From: Dimorphilus gyrociliatus
Taxonomy: Eukaryota > Animalia > Annelida
Assembly: GCA_904063045.1 (NCBI GenBank)
Contig: CAJFCJ010000009.1
Location: forward strand, 2,232,968-2,296,967
DNA: 64,000 nucleotides
Reading direction: 5' to 3'
Part shown: one piece after another, positions 1-14,838 of the stretch
Position numbering within the stretch: the first letter of the stretch is position 1
Layout: every line of letters starts with the position of its first letter
Position numbers and translations under genes: made by a program
The notes under the pieces: model-generated
Seen by the model: only the letters and a program-made list of their open reading frames with translations
Databases searched by the model: none
Told to the model about the DNA's origin: nothing

Positions 1-825
1 ATAACCAAGTAGTAAAACGAGGAGAAAAAGTCCCCATGTGTTACTTGCAGTAATACCAATGACTTTTAATTGTGACCTGGTTAATGAATAAAACACTTTT
101 ATAGTGAATTTAATAATAAAACACTAATTAACGCAAACCCATTTATATTTAGTCCGGGTTTAATAGCAACGTATACCAAGCATATACCAAATATGAGTAA
201 ATAAGTTCCATAATAGATGGCATTTTCGAATAGAGCAGACTTTATTTTCCTCCAAACAGTAAAATCGCCAGCATTTGAAAACGATTGCATCATAGGAAGG
301 AGGATCCTGTTTTTTTTTTTTTAATTTTTTTTGTAAACGTCTGAAAATGTGTTATTTATCAGCAGTATACCATGTTAAGAATTGCGATGTCCAATAAACA
401 ACTCTCCAGAGTACAGGTAATACTGTTGGTGGAAACCAACTCCAAGGTTTCTCACATACTTGTTCAGGAGAAATTATTTGAGATGTTGATAAAGTTGGCT
501 CGTTAATTATTGTTGTTGTTAAATTCGGATTCGATGTTGTATCAGGCAATGGTGAGTTATCTTTTAAACATTGTCGATAAAACGTCTGTTAATTGTTTAA
601 TAGAGTAAATTAAGGCCTAGGGTAACAAAAAAAATTATTGTAATTCTATACCGATGAAACATCCAAAGGTAGAACGAATATTATCATGAAAGAGAAGTAC
701 CAAGCTATGAAACAAGCTACAGTAACCAAAATATGCTGTTTTCTGTAATCTCCATATCTGTGTAGCATGAGAGCAGCTACACAGAATACTAGAGAAACTT
801 CTATCGTTAGCGGAATGACACTCAT
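1..825 (-). CDS. LMBRD2: LMBR1 domain-containing protein 2 (5' part; runs off the window start; multi-exon)
   Basis: Spliced translation from ATG 825 gives [58 protein letters not shown]. Later exons give ...[17 protein letters not shown]... and ...[32 protein letters not shown], typical of LMBRD2. Confidence 0.88.
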
Positions 826-1341
826 GCTAAAAAAATAAGAAAAGTGTGTTTCAGTTATAACTAATTATTTATACACAGTGATTCAGCTTGTTATTTAGCA
901 GCTTTAATTTTTGTTTCAAAAGTATTCTAAACCTGAAATTTTTTTCTCTTAATCTTCAAAACATAACAACTTTTCTTAACCGAAGAAAATTAGAAATCAA
1001 TGGCACGAATATAAAATATTGACCAAAAGGATGACGTTGTCTATTTCATATTGACAACGGCAGACATTTATACCACCAACCAGTTTTGTTGTTCTTTTCT
1101 CTTACAATGGAATACAAACCAGTTGAATATATTTTTGCTTTATTTTGCAATGTAGAAAAAGAAACTGGTTCCAGGTTCAATATTAGAACCCTTTGACCTT
1201 GAACTGAAACATTTTTCATGATCGTTTTTAAATCAATAAACACGAGGTTAAGGATGCACAATGTTAAAAAAAGGTCCAATTCTATCTAAAAAACCTTTAC
1301 GTCGACAATTTGCCACAACAACTAGATTCGCTGATTCAAGA

Positions 1342-4300
1342 ATGACACAAAAATTCACAGACGAAAAGCTTCATTTTAATTATGAAGAAACTGTTATCAA
1401 ATTGAACAATTATTATGGAACAGGTTTGTTATGAAATATAATGAATACGTAAAATTGTAAAATTGAGTCTGTTTTCTTAGTCAAACGACAAATTCTCAGA
1501 CATCAGAGTCCAACAACAGGATTATTTCCATGTAACTTAGCCGATGCTAGTTCAAAAGAGGCTCATGTTAGAGACAGCGTTTATTGTGCAGCATGCCTGT
1601 GGGCATTATCTCAAGCTTATAGGTAGGAAAGTAGTTGAAAATCTTTGAAAATGTCTATTGTTGAATATTCATATCAATAGGAGAATTGATGACGATAAGG
1701 GGAGAACATATGAACTAAGTCAATCAGCTGTAAAATGTATGAGAGGAATCCTCTCTTGTTGGATACGACAATCTGATAAAGTTTGTAAATAATAAATACA
1801 TATATTTGTATCAATCACAATTGTATATATCCATTCTAACTTGAACAGCTAGAAAAGTTCAAACATCATCAAATTCCGAAAAATGCACTGCATTCAAAAT
1901 TTCATTTAGATACTGGAGATTCACTATATGACAACGAAGAATACGAGCACCTGCAGATTGATTGTATAGCTTTATACATACTTTTTCTCATTCAAATGAT
2001 TCAATCCGGATTACAAATAATTTTTACAACGGACGAAGTAAATTTTATTCAAAATCTAGTATTTTACGTTGAACGAGCGTATAGAACACCCGACTATGGA
2101 ATGTGGGAAAGAGGTATTAAACATCTTTATTAATACGATAATAATGCTTGTTTTATTATTTAATTTGTTCTCTTTTCTTATTTAGGAACGAAATATAATA
2201 ATGGATCGAGTGAACTGCACGCAAGGTAACTTTTTAATGCCGGATTGCAGTAAAGAAATAATTGTTTCTTTTTTTTTTTTTTAAAAAAACAATGAAAAAA
2301 TGATGGACTTGCATCATTTACAATTGTTTTACTTTCTTTTCGTCTTAAAAAAATCATATCAATTTCCTTTAATACGTTACTTTGAGCTCGTAAAAATCAT
2401 CTTTTTTATTTAATGTAAAAAAGAGAAAATTTTACGTTCTACATAGATAACTAAGATCGTCTTGCATGAAACAAAATCTTGTCACAGTTCGCTTGGTTTT
2501 GCAAAAGCAGCTCTTGAAGCTATAAATGGAATAAGTTTGTATGGAGGCGTTGCCCTGAGGTCAAGCGTAGTTTTAATAGACATCGATGCGCATTACCGGA
2601 ATAGGACGATATTTTTTACGCTTCTTCCCCGTGAATCGTCTTCAAAGGTACATATTGTTCATCGAGAGTATTATTAAGAAGGACTAACCAATCGTCCCAA
2701 ATGTTTATGTCATTCTGCAATCAAAAAAAGAGAGAAATCTCTTTATGTATATGTTATATTTCCTCAAAGTGAAATGATTCGATAGCGTTATTTATTTATC
2801 CTTCATTATTATTATTATTAATTATATTTTACTATTTCATATGCTTTTCAAAGGTGTTTTGACGTCAATTTAAGAACAATTTTATTTTCTTTTTAATTTT
2901 GTAAAGGAATCCATTAATTTGCTTTAACAGTTCGATTGGACATGCTAAAGCTGCTCTTGAATCGATTAACGGTGATAATTTGTTTGGAGTAAATGGAGCT
3001 AGGTGGTCGGTAATATTTGTGGATATAGACGCTCATAATCGGAATAGAACGATTTTCGATACTATTTTACCACGCGAATCCGCTTCGAAGGTTCGCTTCT
3101 TTTGTGCATGCTAAAAACAAAATTTTATCACTTATCTTCTAATTCTGTCTATATCTCTCCTTATTGTTTGTTTGATTGTTTTTCTTTCATATTTTAATTT
3201 TATTCCGCTAGTTCAAGAGGATTAAAAAAGATATCACTATTAATAATTAATATTATTATTATTTTCGTATAAAATTCAAAAGAAAAAAGAATTATTTTAT
3301 TTATTTGCTTGTTCCTCCTTGTTTATTACTGTAATGTTTGTTTTCGTTTATGTATTTGTATAAATCCTATTGTTTTTATGTTTTATTCTTTAACACGTAA
3401 CACATATCTGTACAATTGACTTATTATTGCTTATATTTATTATATAATTTTCTTTTTTTCAACATTGAACTCTTCCAGAATACCGATGCGTCACTTTTAC
3501 CAACAATAAGCTGGCCTGCTTTTGCCATACACGAGGAAGCTTTAGTTAAGAAAACTCACGAAAAGATATTAAGAAAGTTAAAAGGAAAATATGGATTAAA
3601 AAGATTCTTAAGAGATGGACACGGTACTGTTTTGGAAGACACTAGTAGAAAATATTATAAATCTGCGGAAATTAAGGTAAATATTTTAAATAGAATTTGT
3701 ACTAGTATTTTTTTAAAACATAAATTATCTTATATTTTATAATAACAACAGACTTTTGATGGAGTTGAATGCGAATGGCCAATTTTCATTATTTATCTTT
3801 TAATTGATAGTAAGTAAACTAATTTATAAATTGACTTTAATTAGTTAAATTTCAATTTTATTTACATAAATTACCTTGCTCTTTCAGGTATTTTTAGAGG
3901 TGATCAAGAAAAAGTTAAAGAATATCAAGAACAACTACAACCGTTATTAAAAGAGACAAAGAATGGTAATAAATTCATGTATATACTACAATGTATATTT
4001 ATATCTATGTATATATATGATGTTACAGGAGATATAGTGGTTCCAAAGTATTATTATATACCTAGCGATTGTATTGATGAAGAAAAGGCTTGCCCCGGAA
4101 GTCAGACAAAAATTGCCAGTAGTGAAGGAAGAAATGAAAATTTATTCCTTTGGGGACAATCTGTATACATTATATCACAGCTACTAGGTTTGTATTTGTC
4201 TTAATAAATTTATAAACAGCGTTACGTTACCCATTCAATCATAGCAAACGGCTTACTGAGTCCGCGAGAATTAGATCTTATTGGACGGCATTTACCAGCT

Positions 4301-7111
4301 CATAAGAGACCTAGAACAAACGCCAGATATTCTTCTTTCCAGGTACCCACCTGGTTTTCGTGTTTTGGATGGTTCCCCTCCCTAATTGCTCTTTAGCCGT
4401 CTAACTATGATTTTTTTTTCACTTGTTATAATTATTATTACAACTTCAATTTGTTTTCATTTATTTTTAGTAACCTTTCACCCTATCTAGTTTTTGTGTT
4501 ATTTTTCCCTTTCAGTTGATGGTTTGCTAAATATAAACGAGCTAGATACGATAAGACGATATCTACCTGCAGCCGAAAGGCCCAGGAACAGTAGCAGATA
4601 TTCAAGTTTTCAGGTGTGTGAACGTATCTCTGTGTTGCCTTGCTTTTTTTTTTTACCATTTGCACTTTCTAAACATTATTTTTTTTCTATTTTCTTATAT
4701 TATTACTTTTAAATTTTACAACAAAATTTGCGTGTTATCTTCTTCAGAGAGGTTCCGTTGAACAGGTAAAAAAAGAAGCTCTTTTTCGTCTAATTCACCT
4801 TTATTGTGTTTCTTTTTAAACTGATTACGCATGTAAATCAGTTTAAAAGGTGCTGTTTGTATTCAATTTTTAGAAACCTAAATTTATCAAAAATCCTATA
4901 GAAAAAAAAAATAACTATCCAAAAGTTAATTCAAGAATAGTCACTTGCAGCACATTCGTCTGTCGTCTATTTATATACTATATTAAATTTTAGAGTGATA
5001 TCTCGTCAATAATCCTTATATGTCGTATTTAATTCTCAAAGAACTTTTTTTTCATCCAAATATAACAGAGTTCACCGACTGATCTCGTTATACAATGTGC
5101 TTTGATTTCCGAGAGTGTACGACTCCAGCAGATGTTAGCCACTTACGGAATTCAATCTCAAACACCGCATCAAATTGAACCTTATCAAATTTGGCCTCCT
5201 GGTCAATTGGTGAAAGCTTACGAGCAATTGGGAGTTAATTCAAAATTAGGTTTATCTGGAAGACCACCTAGGCCATTTGGAGGTTTAGGTAGTGCTAAAA
5301 TCTATAGAGCGAGTGGAAGAACTTTCCTCTGTTATCCTTTGATCTTTGAAATATCTGACTTTTACCTATCTCAAGATATGCAGGTTCTTATTGATGACGT
5401 AAAGGTAAATAGTAGTAATTAGTTATTTTTCCAAGAAAAAATATTTAATAGTTTTCATTCGCATTTATTCCAATATAGACTGACCTAACTTTCTTAAGTA
5501 AATGTTGGAAGTTAGCTGGTAGGCCTACTTTCTGTATGATTATTCGTGAGGATAATATGAAGTTTGTATTCTTTTTTTTCTGCATTACTTTAATTTCATA
5601 TTCAAAGAAAATATTAATTTTTCTTAACATTCAATAACAGAAGCCCAGATTCTAAAAGAATATTCGATTTATTGGCAAACTTCAAAAGAGGAGATATTGA
5701 TAATTTAAAAATTAGAATAGGAAGACTACAAGAATTTATATCCTCATCTTGTATTGAACATCTTGACTTCTTGACTATTGATGCCAATGATAAAAGCGTG
5801 TTTAAACATTTTCAAGAAAAAGACTATGGACAAAGTCTCAAGAGTCTTACAAATATACCAAGATTTTCTAAATTTGATGAGGCTGAAGCCTGGGTTGAAG
5901 AAAGTGTAAGCATGAGTCTTTAATTAGTATTTATGCCATTCTTGACAAAAGCAAAATACATTTATTTATTGATATAGGAATTACAATCACGCCCTTCGTG
6001 GGACTTAATGAAAATGCTCCAAGAACTCGATAATCTATTTGTTCAATCTCAAATCCTTCATATTCTTCTAAAAAGAGAAGGCTTATATTATAAACTTGAT
6101 TCGTTTACCGTTGAAGAATGGTTACAAAATGTTTGTCACAAAGCTGGAACACATCAAATCTGGGCAGTTGTTAGATTATGTTCAGCGATGCTTCAAAAAA
6201 TGGTGGATAGTTTAGCTCCTTCAATAACAGCAATATTGGTAAGAGGCAAGCAAATAACTGTCGGATTATTTAATAAAGAAGAGGAGGTGATAGATAAACC
6301 ATTAATACCTGCAGAGATAAAAAATATTCTCTATTCAAAGTGCTATCCCTATGATTTAACGCAAACAGTTCTACAGCAAGAGTTAATAATATATATTGCT
6401 CAGTTACTATCCTCCGAGGCGGTTCTATTTGAAGGAATGCTTAAGTTAAGGATTGGTTGGATAATAAAGGCTATGCAGCTGGAATTAAATTATTCGTCGG
6501 CAGAGGGAAAAAGGATATCTGTGAATTCTCTGCCCCCTAGCGAAATAAAATCTTTATTATATGGTGTTGTTAAAAAATTGTCGCCCGAAGACGATTATCG
6601 TAGTGTAATATGGAATAGACAATTGGACGGAGCTTTGAATCGCGTGCCAAAAGATTTTTATGACAAAGTTTGGTTTCTACTGGAAAAAACACCTGGGGGA
6701 ATAAAGGTTGCTGGATATCACTTACCCCAACAGCCTACGTTATCGGATATGACGAGATATGAATGGAATTTTTCATTACTTGTAGAGCAGATGTTAAGTA
6801 AAATAGTTGAACCAGCGTATAGGCAAATGATAGTGGAAGAATTTATGATTGTAGCGACAATTCTACAGAGAAATAGTGAATTATCATTTCAAGAGATTGT
6901 TAACCTTGATAGAATACTTCAAGAAGCAATACTGTTATTTGCCAAAGAGAAAGGAGCGGAGAATAAAGAAGAAATGGAAAATATGAAAGATTTTTACAAT
7001 ACCCCACCTAACGTGAAAAGAGGAACAACAGGCTACATTGCCAGAGCCGTTATTTCTCAATTACTAAATGGAGAAGTTTTAACATCTCAATCCCAATGTG
7101 CCATTTCTTAA
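1342..7111 (+). CDS. PHKB: Phosphorylase kinase regulatory subunit beta (~16 exons per isoform, ~1070 aa)
   Basis: Exons encode [70 protein letters not shown] and [21 protein letters not shown]. The C-terminus is the farnesylation CaaX CAIS*. All introns are GT-AG. Confidence 0.96.
2488..2647 (+). other. PHKB: PHKB duplicated exon A (mutually exclusive with B), 160 nt
   Basis: cag|TTCGCTT...TCAAAG|gta; encodes [53 protein letters not shown]. Confidence 0.85.
2931..3090 (+). other. PHKB: PHKB duplicated exon B (mutually exclusive with A), 160 nt
   Basis: cag|TTCGATT...TCGAAG|gtt; encodes [53 protein letters not shown]; same length and phase as exon A. Confidence 0.88.
4245..4342 (+). other. 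PHKB: PHKB duplicated exon C (mutually exclusive with D), 98 nt
   Basis: tag|CAAACGGC...TTCCAG|gta; encodes [32 protein letters not shown]. Confidence 0.85.
4516..4613 (+). other. PHKB: PHKB duplicated exon D (mutually exclusive with C), 98 nt
   Basis: cag|TTGATGG...TTTCAG|gtg; encodes [32 protein letters not shown]; same length and phase as exon C. Confidence 0.85.
4748..4765 (+). other. PHKB: Candidate 18-nt frame-preserving PHKB microexon (RGSVEQ)
   Basis: ttatcttcttcag|AGAGGTTCCGTTGAACAG|gtaaaa; phase 0 on both sides, matching the flanking exons. Confidence 0.6.
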
Positions 7112-7581
7112 CTTAAGAAAAAGCAGATTTTAATTTTTTTTCTTTTAATTCTAACGTTAAATAATTTCGTTTTAAAATTTAGAAAAAATGTCTTTTTCCT
7201 CTTTTGGTCTAAAATACAATTCAGTTTTTAAACTTACCAACATCAAGGCTGCATGATACCCTCATAAAATATACATATATATAATGTATAAATAACAGTT
7301 ATCTTTCAAGAGCAATACTTAACCTATAACATAAAAAGAATAATCTATAAAATTACAAATATAACCATATTTTGACTTTGAATTGATTCCAAAGTTTTTT
7401 ATTGCTATTAAGTTAAAAAAAATTAATTTTATAACATTATTTGATCGATTAAATGAATATCTATGCTGTATTTGGCTGGCAATTTATCCTAACCTTTAAC
7501 AAAGTACGTTAAATCGAACACAGGATGTAGGGAATAAAAAGTTCAAATGATTTTTCATATTCCTATTCCACAATTAAGTAT

Positions 7582-8547
<966 letters not shown>

Positions 8548-9240
8548 TGCTAAATATCCCTTATAAGCAGATGGCGTTACACTAAGAAATCAATGAATTT
8601 ACACCAATTAAAGATCACTTAGTTTATCTTATAAAAAAATATTGAAAAAAAATCGTTCAAGTGAAATTTGATTCTAAAAGTAAAGCAATTAGCTATATAA
8701 AGAATATATAGAAAAAGAAAAAAGAACAAGAATACTTGAACAGAGGCTTTTTTGTTTATTTTTTCAAAAGGCATTCAATTATCTTGAATCGATTTAAAAT
8801 CAAATTGAATACGATGAAAATAAGAAAAACAATATTCAAAATAGAATGAGACTAAGACAAATATCTGCTTCACTAAAGTATGTATTTAATGACTGACTAT
8901 ATAACTATATGTCGTATGGAAAATTGTATAAATAGTCCACAAGTTACAAGTTACTTTTACAATTTATATATATATATATATTTATAGATCGTTATCAATG
9001 TTTAACGCTGAATAATCATAATCTAAACCTCAATCCATCTTAACAAGTCAGAGTTATCATCATGATTAAGTTTGCACGAAAGTAAAAGAGAAAGGAATAC
9101 GGCATAAATCGTTATCAATCGTTATTTTTTTTTTCATTAGCAATTGGGCCTCCGAAACGTGTATTAAAACAATCAGAAGTATTATTTATATTTTTCTTCA
9201 TAGTTTACAAGCACGCAAAAACATGTAAAGATCGTGATAA

Positions 9241-11147
<1,907 letters not shown>

Positions 11148-12521
11148 TCAACCGTTATGCATACATTAGTAGTATAAAAGGTATTGGAAAAGAATCAAGG
11201 GTGGGGGATATAGAAAGATATATTCCTACGTATGAATCACGTGAACTATCTAGGCCTACACGATGTTTTTTCGGGTACCATTAGCATAACTCGGTCATCC
11301 AGTAGCTATTCACCGTTTCCTCTCTGCTATATATTTCTATTTAGGTTATATAGGTTGAGTTTAGCATTCATTTTGGAATGATTTACTTGCAAAATATGCT
11401 ACATTCACTTGCAAAAATAGAAATTTTTAGCAATACGTATTAATATATATCGTTTGAAAAGGACTAGACAATAAATTTACAGGCGATTCGACCGACCGGT
11501 AATTTATCAACATAAATTTACTTAATTTAGAACAAGTACGCTTACTTAGGGATTAAATACAAGATTATTATAGTATTCTACGACGGCTACTTACGTCCTA
11601 ATACAGTTGAGTTTCAAAAAAACCGTTGAAGATCCTTGTGTGACTTTATCGACTCGTTTAAATCGTGCAAAATGTTAACAATGCACAAATAAAAAAATCA
11701 ATAAGGAACTGTGCAGATATTCCTCATTAGATGGCGCTATCGTCGCTCTCTTACCTTGAAACTTTCAAATAGGGATGTGGAACTTGGAATTTTTTTCTAA
11801 AATTTTATAATTTTATAAATCGATCTAAAATAATTCATAATTTATTTTAAAATTTTCATTCAATTTTGAAACCTTTTACAACTTCTTACAATTTTTTTAT
11901 AAAACAAAACCAAGAGCGATAATATAGATAATTATATACCAAAAATAATTATTTGAAAGAATAGAATCGATTAGGAAAAGTTTTTTCCGCAAGATAAAAT
12001 GACTAACGATTAGCAAAGAAAAGATGATATCAAATTAGATTAATAGATATATTGTTATGAAATTTTTCTATATTATATAATATATATGAATATATATATA
12101 ATATAATAATCTTACGACAGCAGAAATGATAGTCTAATTGACATCGCGACCTAACGAAATTTCAGGCTGAGAACATAAAAAATAACAGTATTTTTTTACA
12201 ATATGGTAGACTAAAAGACTGATACATGTCGCGTGGTATATCCTTAAATAATTCTCATAATTTATTTTACGATTTATAATAATAACGAAAATTTGTAACA
12301 AATATAATACTGTTCAAAGTATATAACAGATTGCCAATCAAAACATCTTAGCTGCATATTTTCTAATTATACATGTGTTTCGTGTATGTTTGTTGAGTTG
12401 GTTTTTTGTCATGATTATTCATATACCGCCTAATTTATTTTTATTATTGAAAAGTATGGAATACAATTTACAGAAAAGGCTATGAAAAAAAAAGAAACTT
12501 TTTTCTATTAAAAGTTATAAA

Positions 12522-14262
12522 TCAGTCCATACAATCAACTTGTCTCTTTCGACTTTGATCACCTGAAGTAAAATGAGGGTGAGAGTGAAGATCCCGTTGC
12601 ATTCTTTTTGTTTCTTCTATATATTGATCCAATTCTTCTACCTGAGCTGGTGGAAGACAATTGGGAATGTACTTTGAGAAGATCTGGGGTCGACTTAGAG
12701 CATATTCAGGCTTCAGATTATGTAGGTTCTTAACTATTTGATGGAGAATTAAAGGCGTAGTTTCGAAAGGACGGTTCATAACTTCTTGTATACAAGCTAG
12801 AAAAAAATTTAATTATATTCATGATTTTTTATTTATCCCCGCTCCCTTTTTATTTTATAATTTTGTAAATAAAGAGGCATTCTGATGCAAGACATTTCAT
12901 GATAACACTTATTTACGACTATATGTAGCTATCAGATAACGTCGCGGATTGTAATTACACAGGGAAGTTTTTAGCAGTTTAAATGTAAACTTGTGTCTAT
13001 TTAATATGTTTACAATATTCATTGAAATGATAAAAATGTAAATATTTTTGTAAAAAAGTAAATATTTTCGAATACAGCACGCGGATAAAACCACTTAAAC
13101 TGCATTAATTCAACTCTGGACAATTAAAACTTACCAAACAAATGCTGCTCGTGTCTGTCTGCAACATGCTTAACAAACAATGCATACAGCTCGTTATTCA
13201 AATCTGTTCGCAACTGAAGTTCAATGTAGAATTTGTTCTGTAAGATATTAAGCATCTTTTACTAAAGTTCTCAACAAGTATCGGCTTACTCTTTAGAGAA
13301 TACTATTATTCATTCTCTACAGTCGTAAATAGTTAGGTTTTCCAAAAAAGAGAACGAAGAAAAAATTAAAAGAAATAGTACACAAACCATGTAATTAAAT
13401 ATGGGCACGATTCCGTTCAAAGCACTTAAATATTGGCATAAAAATTGATGAAATTTCTCGACGAATTTAGCTGAAGTTGAAACCTAAGTGAAAATACAGC
13501 AATTAATGAAATTTGTAGAATAGAAATATACTATGCTATACAACCTTAGAAAAATTCCCAATTTCATTGGAATTAGTTATTAAGTAATTTGTTAGTATTT
13601 CCATCAAATCCGTATATAGTTTTTCAGACTTATGGGAGCAAACGCATTTATAAACGCAGGTATACATTTGCTCATAGCTTATATTAACGTAACGTCGATC
13701 TTGTGAAACAAGCAATTCATTTATAGAGGTTTTTAGTCTCGGCCAGACTTCATTAGTATATCCTTCGTCAGTCAGGCAACTCATTACTGAAACAGAAAAT
13801 ATATTCTACAATTAAACTTTCTTCTTCGAAATATATTTAAGGTATAAAGGAAAGGTCGTTGTATTTACTGGAATATTTCTTTTTGTATCTCTTTAAATAT
13901 AGACAATATTTGTAATGTATAATTTAAATATTTATAATTTTGAAGCATAAATAGAGAGGCTACTGTATATTACATCTTTTTAAATAATTTTATGTCACTC
14001 TTAACAGCAATATGCTCGTCTTCACGCTGTAATTGGGCAAGACCATAAAAGCAGATAAGAAAATGAGCTGAGAAAAGCTAGGAATTACTTGCTGCTATTT
14101 GGCTCTACTTCCAGTCGTATAATATCCTACATCAGGTTCAAAAAGAAAAAATAATCAAACTATAGACTAACATTTACTACTTGATCTCCATGTCTTGCGC
14201 TCGTCGTTCTCGGAATTATTATTCTTCTCCCCAGAATTTTGGTCTGGACTTTCCCATTCCAT
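12522..14262 (-). CDS. CACUL1: CDK2-associated and cullin domain-containing protein 1
   Basis: Encodes YTNEVWPRLKTSINELL...ISYEQMYTCVYKCVC...SEKLYTDL and the C-terminal FSKYIPNCLPPA...FTSGDQSRKR. The first exon (ATG 14262, MEWESPDQ...) is tentative. Confidence 0.85.
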
Positions 14263-14838
14263 TGTCTTTACAAATGCCAAATGCTAACCAGTCTTCAAGT
14301 AATCGAACAAATCAATACATAATTCAAAAAAAAACTTCAGGGTATTTAATTAGTTAATGAGGATATTTGGAGAATTAGACAGTATAGTATAATATAATCT
14401 TAACCGGAAGCTATCGAATGGAAGGTATTATACATAGTGACATCTATCGAGAGTTTATTTTATAAATATTATTTTAAAAATTTGATAATATTAATATACA
14501 GTATAATCGTTAAAAATATTTTAATGTCAAAACAAAATAAATAAAAAAAAACAATAAAGAATTTCCTCCAAAAGGTGGCATTATAAATAACCGGAATTAT
14601 CGTAGAATAGTCAAAATCTCTTATAGGCTTTATAGAAGTTTTAATTTGTGGTTAATACCATCTTACGATAAGTCACAAGTGATAATTGAGAAATAGAATT
14701 AAATTATTTCATCATTAGGGGAAGTTTTGATTGTAGGCTTAATTTTAACAGAAAAATATAAAAGAATTTGATTGACCAATAGTCATTCAGATTACCACGT
14801 CTTTACCGGAAAACTGGTAATTTTGCAAAGTATCCAGC

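Noticed and set aside
8985-9130. Three ATCGTTAT copies in the presumed RhoA 3' region
   Set aside because: Short AT-rich 8-mers could arise by chance; no further structure seen.
13990-14140. GC-richer segment inside the CACUL1 intron (possible cassette exon or snoRNA)
   Set aside because: No clear box motifs or homology; exon phase cannot be supported.
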